Positions 59,422 through 64,000 of a stretch of DNA of 64,000 nucleotides are shown in pieces. Every line of letters starts with the position of its first letter. Within the stretch, counting starts at the first letter, position 1. The notes beneath the pieces were generated by a model. The model did no database searches and was not told the DNA's origin. It saw only the letters and a program-made list of their open reading frames with translations. Source of the stretch: an uncultured Candidatus Saccharibacteria bacterium (GTDB lineage Bacteria > Patescibacteriota > Minisyncoccia > UBA6257); the NCBI GenBank assembly GCA_964479005.1, contig CAYZJA010000002.1, positions 96,001 through 160,000 on the forward strand. The letters are read 5' to 3'. Made by a program: the position numbers and the translations under genes.

Positions 59422-59959
59422 ACAAAATCTTTCCATTTTATCAATTACTTTATTAATAGCGGCAACTATTTTTTTACTTGCTCGCTTTATTAAACCATCC
59501 TTTGACAAGACAAAAGAATTAACGTTGGAGATAAAAGAAACAGAAGAAAACATAAAACTTTTACAGGAACATAAAACCAAGTCAGAGTCTTTAATCCAAA
59601 GTTATTTGAATTTAGGAGATCAGGTAGAAAGTATTAACTTGGCCTTACCTGACAATCCGCAAACAGCTCAGGTGTTAGCTGTTCTGGATATGATTTCTAA
59701 AAAAACTGGTATTTCTTTGAATAGTTTAAGTTTTCGTGAGGTCACTAAAGATAGCCAAAATCATTTAGAAATTAAAACAAGATTTTCTGCAACCTATGAG
59801 AGTGCTAAAGAATGGATTGAAGAAGTTGAAAAAGAACTGCGTATTATTGACATTACTGAGTCTGATATTAAATCAAGTATTTCCTCAAAAGGTAAAGTAT
59901 CAGATATTTTAGAATATAATATTACTTTAGTAACATACTTTTTATCTTATGGCGATTGA
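59405..59959 (+). CDS. pilO: PilO-like bitopic membrane protein
   Basis: N-terminal TM, coiled coil (EENIKLLQEHKTKSE), translationally coupled to neighbours. Confidence 0.5.
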   Translation: MTETTKQNLSILSITLLIAATIFLLARFIKPSFDKTKELTLEIKETEENIKLLQEHKTKSESLIQSYLNLGDQVESINLALPDNPQTAQVLAVLDMISKKTGISLNSLSFREVTKDSQNHLEIKTRFSATYESAKEWIEEVEKELRIIDITESDIKSSISSKGKVSDILEYNITLVTYFLSYGD

Positions 59960-60242
59960 AATTAAAAAACAAAAAAAGAATAATATTTTATTATATCTCT
60001 TAATAATTTTAGTTTTATTTTTAATTGGCTGGATAGGTTGGGGTTTTTTTAAGCCTGGAGAAATCTTTCAAAAACCAGATATTGAAGATTTACTTCCTCC
60101 TTCTTCGCAAGAATTAATTGAAGCCAAATTGGATATTGGAATAATTTCAAATCATCCTGTTTTTCAAACATTAAGCCCGCATATTACTTGGCCATTGGAT
60201 ATTCCCGATTTAGGCCGTGCCAATCCTTTTAAATCCTTCTAA
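59949..60242 (+). CDS. Small single-TM protein at the PilP position (hypothetical)
   Basis: 97 aa, TM helix ILLYLLIILVLFLIGWIGWGFF, overlaps the upstream gene by 11 bp. Confidence 0.3.
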   Translation: MAIEIKKQKKNNILLYLLIILVLFLIGWIGWGFFKPGEIFQKPDIEDLLPPSSQELIEAKLDIGIISNHPVFQTLSPHITWPLDIPDLGRANPFKSF

Positions 60243-60340
60243 CATATCGATGCTAATATACGAATTAATGCTAATGATACGAATAGAAATTAATTAGTAT
60301 AATTCGTATGCATTAGTATATTGGTATCGCATTTATTACT

Positions 60341-62095
60341 ATGATTCAAGAAGAACTTTTTCTTTCTGCTCTTATTCAAAAAGGGCTGATAAAACAAACA
60401 GATGCTTACACGCTTTTACAGGAAGCAAAAAGCCTGGAGAAAAGAGTTGAGGACATAATTTATGAGAAAAATTTAGTTGATGAGAAAAAACTCTCGCAGA
60501 TTAAAAGCGAGCTTTTTAAATTACCAGTAAAAATATTTTCTAAAACTGAAATTATTCCTCAAAATGTTTTAAATTTGATTTCCGAAGATACTGCCCGGCA
60601 TTATGGATTTATTGCTTTTAATAAGGAGAAAGATGTTTTAGATGTTGGAATGGTTTATCCTGATGATACAAAGGCGCAAAAGGCTGTAAAGTTTATAGTT
60701 GAGCGCTTAGGTTTAAAAATAAGGGTTTCAATCATTATTCCTTCTGATTTTAAAAATATTCTAAAGCAATACCAAACATTTGTTAAAGAATTTGATAAGC
60801 TTTTGCAGGATTTTCAAAAAAGATTTAGTGGTGTGAAAAAAAAGAAATCCCCTTTTATGTTAGTGGATTTAGAATCTACTGTTGGGGCTATTGCTGAAGA
60901 AGCGCCAATTATTAAACTTTTTGCCTCAATATTAAAATATGCTGTTCGTTCACGGGCTTCTGATATACATATTGAACCTGAACGTAGTAAATTAAGGGTG
61001 CGTTTTCGTGTTGATGGCAATCTTTCCAACACATTAAGTTTGCCCTTGGCAGTTCACCAGGCCATTATCACTCGTGTGAAAATAATGACTAATTTAAAGA
61101 TAGATGAAACACGCTTGCCGCAAGATGGGCGTTTTTTCACTGTCATAGATGATAAAGAAATAGATTTTAGAGTATCTACTTTTCCAACTGCCTTAGGAGA
61201 AAAAATAGCAATTAGAATTTTGGATCCGACTTCTGGATTAAAAAGCATTCATGAATTAGGTTTAGAAGGAAGAAATTTGGAGATTCTTCAAAATGAAATG
61301 TTTAAACCATATGGAATGATTTTAATTACAGGACCTACAGGTTCAGGAAAAACAACTACTTTATACGCGATTATGCAAATATTGAATCAAGATAAAGTAA
61401 ACATTGTTAGTTTGGAAGATCCTGTTGAATATACAATGGAAGGAATTAATCAGTCCCAGGTTCTTCCTGAAATTGGATATACTTTTGCGCGCGGGTTGCG
61501 CCATATGGTCAGGCAAGACCCAGATATTATAATGGTTGGAGAAATTCGAGATAATGAAACAGCAGAATTAGCTACTCATTCTGCTTTAACAGGCCATTTG
61601 GTTTTATCAACTTTGCATACAAATAATGCTATTGGCGTTATTCCGCGCTTGATGGATTTAGGCATAGATTCATTTTTAATTCCTCCTTCTTTAAATTTAA
61701 TGATTGCCCAGCGATTAGCAAGAAGGTTATGTCCCGATTGCAAAGAAAGAGTAGTGGCTTCGGAAAAAGAGCAGCAGATTATTGAAGAAGTTCTTGTCTC
61801 TTTGTCAAAAGAAGAAAGAGAAAAATTGTCTTTTCACAGGCCTTATTCTATTTATAAATCCAAGGGATGCGATACTTGCAATAAAAAAGGTTATTTGGGA
61901 AGAATTGGGATTTTTGAAATAATGAAGATGACTTTTGAGCTGGAGCAAATCATTTTATCCCAACCATCGCAAGAAAAATTATTAGCCGAAGCGAAAAGGC
62001 AGGGGATGATTACTTTACAGCAGGACGGCATAATGAAGGTTTTAGAAGGAGCAGTTAGCTTAGAAGAAATTCTTTCCATAACAACAAAATATTAA
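60341..62095 (+). CDS. pilB: Type IV pilus assembly / type II secretion ATPase (PilB/GspE family)
   Basis: Walker A GPTGSGKTTTLYA, Asp/His boxes, and a tetracysteine CPDC...CDTC motif. 584 aa. Confidence 0.9.
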   Translation: MIQEELFLSALIQKGLIKQTDAYTLLQEAKSLEKRVEDIIYEKNLVDEKKLSQIKSELFKLPVKIFSKTEIIPQNVLNLISEDTARHYGFIAFNKEKDVLDVGMVYPDDTKAQKAVKFIVERLGLKIRVSIIIPSDFKNILKQYQTFVKEFDKLLQDFQKRFSGVKKKKSPFMLVDLESTVGAIAEEAPIIKLFASILKYAVRSRASDIHIEPERSKLRVRFRVDGNLSNTLSLPLAVHQAIITRVKIMTNLKIDETRLPQDGRFFTVIDDKEIDFRVSTFPTALGEKIAIRILDPTSGLKSIHELGLEGRNLEILQNEMFKPYGMILITGPTGSGKTTTLYAIMQILNQDKVNIVSLEDPVEYTMEGINQSQVLPEIGYTFARGLRHMVRQDPDIIMVGEIRDNETAELATHSALTGHLVLSTLHTNNAIGVIPRLMDLGIDSFLIPPSLNLMIAQRLARRLCPDCKERVVASEKEQQIIEEVLVSLSKEEREKLSFHRPYSIYKSKGCDTCNKKGYLGRIGIFEIMKMTFELEQIILSQPSQEKLLAEAKRQGMITLQQDGIMKVLEGAVSLEEILSITTKY

Positions 62096-62122
62096 TTTTC
62101 TGCATATCACGAATATCTATAC

Positions 62123-62151
62123 TTGACAAGAATAGGAAGGGGGTGTATAAT
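62123..62151 (+). promoter_or_regulatory. Consensus sigma-70 promoter TTGACA-17 bp-TATAAT, followed by a strong RBS (AAAGGAG) 8 nt before the ATG at 62218
   Basis: Both hexamers are exact with a 17-bp spacer, and GGAGTG lies upstream of the start codon. Confidence 0.5.
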
Positions 62152-62217
62152 ATGGGTAGTTTTGGAGAAGATTGAGTTGCACCTTTAAAAATAAAAAAAA
62201 GAAAGGAGTGAATTAGG

Positions 62218-62949
62218 ATGAAAAGATTAATATTGATTTTGTTGATATTAGTTGTATGTGTGAGTATTGTTGCTACTGATGTTGTTTTAGCAAAGGCAGC
62301 ATTTGGATCTTGGAAGAAATGGGACGAATCGTTACCGCCGTGGGATAATGAAGATTGGGTTTATAGTGAAGAAAGTTTTAAAATTATAAGTACCCCGCCA
62401 GTTAGTGGAACGCGATTTTGGTTTTGGGCAGAAGAACAAGAACGATGGCGTACTATTACTATTAAAGTAAAAAACCAACCGGCAGCCACGAATGTATTGT
62501 TTCTGTTAACTCGTTTAGCTTTTAAGAAGAATGATAAAGAAAGGGCATCGATTATCCTTTTTTCTCCAGCGCCAATAAGTAATAAGGTTAAGGGGATTGA
62601 AGACGCCCTTGCTACAGCTGAAATTGCCATAGCGGTTTTTCCTCTAGAGAAAGGAAAAAAAGTAGTCATTAGATCTTACGGAAAAAAAGATGGATTACTT
62701 CAATTTTTCAAAAAATGGACAGTTGCTTTGAAAAACAAAAAAGCCATATTTACGAAGTATAAAGATTGGTTTGTAGATCAATCTAATCGACTAACGAAAG
62801 AAAATATAGAGATTTTGCCGCAATTAGTAGTAACTGAAAGTGACAAAAAGAAAAATTTTTTTATTGGTGTAGCTTTACCGCTGTTTAAGGAATTTCTAAT
62901 AAAGGAAAAACTTCCATGGATTGAAGAAGAAACGACAGTTGTTTTTTAA
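62218..62949 (+). CDS. Hypothetical secreted protein
   Basis: Signal peptide MKRLILILLILVVCVSIVATDVVLA. No motif I recognise. Confidence 0.4.
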   Translation: MKRLILILLILVVCVSIVATDVVLAKAAFGSWKKWDESLPPWDNEDWVYSEESFKIISTPPVSGTRFWFWAEEQERWRTITIKVKNQPAATNVLFLLTRLAFKKNDKERASIILFSPAPISNKVKGIEDALATAEIAIAVFPLEKGKKVVIRSYGKKDGLLQFFKKWTVALKNKKAIFTKYKDWFVDQSNRLTKENIEILPQLVVTESDKKKNFFIGVALPLFKEFLIKEKLPWIEEETTVVF

Positions 62950-63003
62950 CGAAGAAAAGACTAAAATACTTATTTTATAGAAATTAACCCGTTAATGGGC
63001 AAG

Positions 63004-63029
63004 GGGAGGATATTATTTCCTCCCTTTTT
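63004..63029 (+). terminator. Rho-independent terminator (GGGAGGA-TATTATT-TCCTCCC + T5)
   Basis: Perfect 7-bp stem and T-run 55 nt after the stop codon. Confidence 0.55.
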
Positions 63030-63101
63030 GTTTTACTTGACATTCCTTATATAAGAGTTATTATTAATATATAAAGCATATAAAGTAATTAATTCAAACA
63101 T

Positions 63102-63899
63102 ATGAATAATAGAAAATATATTATTATTTTTGGAACATTAATTCTTTCATTCGTAGTTATTATAGGAGCAATCACTTATTATAAGGAAAAGGCAGAACAA
63201 GATGCTTTTAGTCTCTCTCAAAATTATCCTGCGATCCTTAATCAATCCTTAGATTCTCTTATTCCTGATGCGAAACAAGATGCTTTTAGTCTCTCTCAAG
63301 ATTTTCCTGCGAGCTTTAATGAACTCTCAGATTTTATTAGTTTCTGTAAAAATGGAGTATTTTCAGATATAGAAGAATTAAAAAATAAGAAGATAAAAGA
63401 GGTTGTTTGTACAATAGGACGAGAATTGAGGAAGTTAGTATTAAAGGATAATACACTGTTAGTTAGTAACTATATTCCTTCAATTTTACCTCTAGACTCA
63501 ATTACCTCTTTCAAACCCGATTGCTACATAGGTATCTCAGTTGATTTCAAAGATGTGGTTAGAGAGTATAATCCTACCCTTTTAGAAGAAGAGGAATTAT
63601 ATTTTTGCAGTATTTCTGAACCTTCTTTGGTAGATCCTCTTATTTTGCAATTAGAATCAAAGTATGATTTGTTTTTTGACGAAGGAAATGTTTCCTGTTC
63701 AGGAATTGAGATGGATAAAACTCCTGCTATGATTTTTCTTGGTTTTGTTCCTTATAAAAAATCTTTAAGTATTAAAGAATATCTTGTTGATGAGCAGACA
63801 GTATCTGAAGTTTTAAATAAACAATCATTTTCTGAAATGAAAGATATATTAAATGATTACCCTATTATCTGGCAAATGGAAAAACTAATTATTCCTTAA
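63102..63899 (+). CDS. Hypothetical membrane-anchored protein with an internal tandem duplication
   Basis: N-terminal TM. EQDAFSLSQNYPA / KQDAFSLSQDFPA duplicated at protein and DNA level. Confidence 0.4.
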   Translation: MNNRKYIIIFGTLILSFVVIIGAITYYKEKAEQDAFSLSQNYPAILNQSLDSLIPDAKQDAFSLSQDFPASFNELSDFISFCKNGVFSDIEELKNKKIKEVVCTIGRELRKLVLKDNTLLVSNYIPSILPLDSITSFKPDCYIGISVDFKDVVREYNPTLLEEEELYFCSISEPSLVDPLILQLESKYDLFFDEGNVSCSGIEMDKTPAMIFLGFVPYKKSLSIKEYLVDEQTVSEVLNKQSFSEMKDILNDYPIIWQMEKLIIP

Positions 63900-64000
63900 A
63901 AATATATATTAATAATATTAATTATTAAAATCTATGAATAAAACAAATAATATTGTATTAACCATTCTATTATGTTTTTCTATAGTTTTTGTTGTTTATC

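Overview
This is an AT-rich, gene-dense window from a small-genome bacterium, most plausibly a Candidate Phyla Radiation (Patescibacteria/Parcubacteria-like) organism. The supporting signs are a very short IF-2, a split transketolase, an archaeal/eukaryote-type dimeric GlyRS, a class I (DhnA-type) aldolase, TrbC/VirB2-like 'T4SS pilin' paralogs and many secreted hypothetical proteins. All calls rest on reading the translations and the DNA by eye, since no searches were possible. Most of the window is translation and housekeeping genes: valS (3' fragment), gyrA, trpS, argS, uppP, cca, infB, rpsO, pnp, ftsH, rplS, htrA-like, recG, recO, glyQS, metG, tatD, rnj, secG, gpmI, rny, hup, an S1-domain protein, a tkt/pfkB/aldolase carbon module, comF and a pilM-N-O-pilB type IV pilus block. 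It also carries 18 tRNA genes. The features worth a second look are: (1) three adjacent pilin-like paralogs, one fused to a roughly 300-aa Cys-rich acidic ectodomain, beside an orphan solute-binding protein; (2) a free-standing double-motif LAGLIDADG endonuclease-like gene with two N-terminal HTH repeats; (3) a NYN-nuclease gene inserted in the rpsO-pnp operon; (4) at least three families of short dispersed intergenic repeats or palindromes, including CCACGTTTAACGTGG hairpins that incorporate tRNA CCA ends; (5) an unusual tRNA complement, namely Arg(UCG) plus Arg(GCG), Ile(UAU), and C33 in two tRNA-Leu; (6) a BNR-repeat protein splitting the two transketolase halves. No CRISPR array, integrase, transposase or recognisable defence-system cassette is visible.
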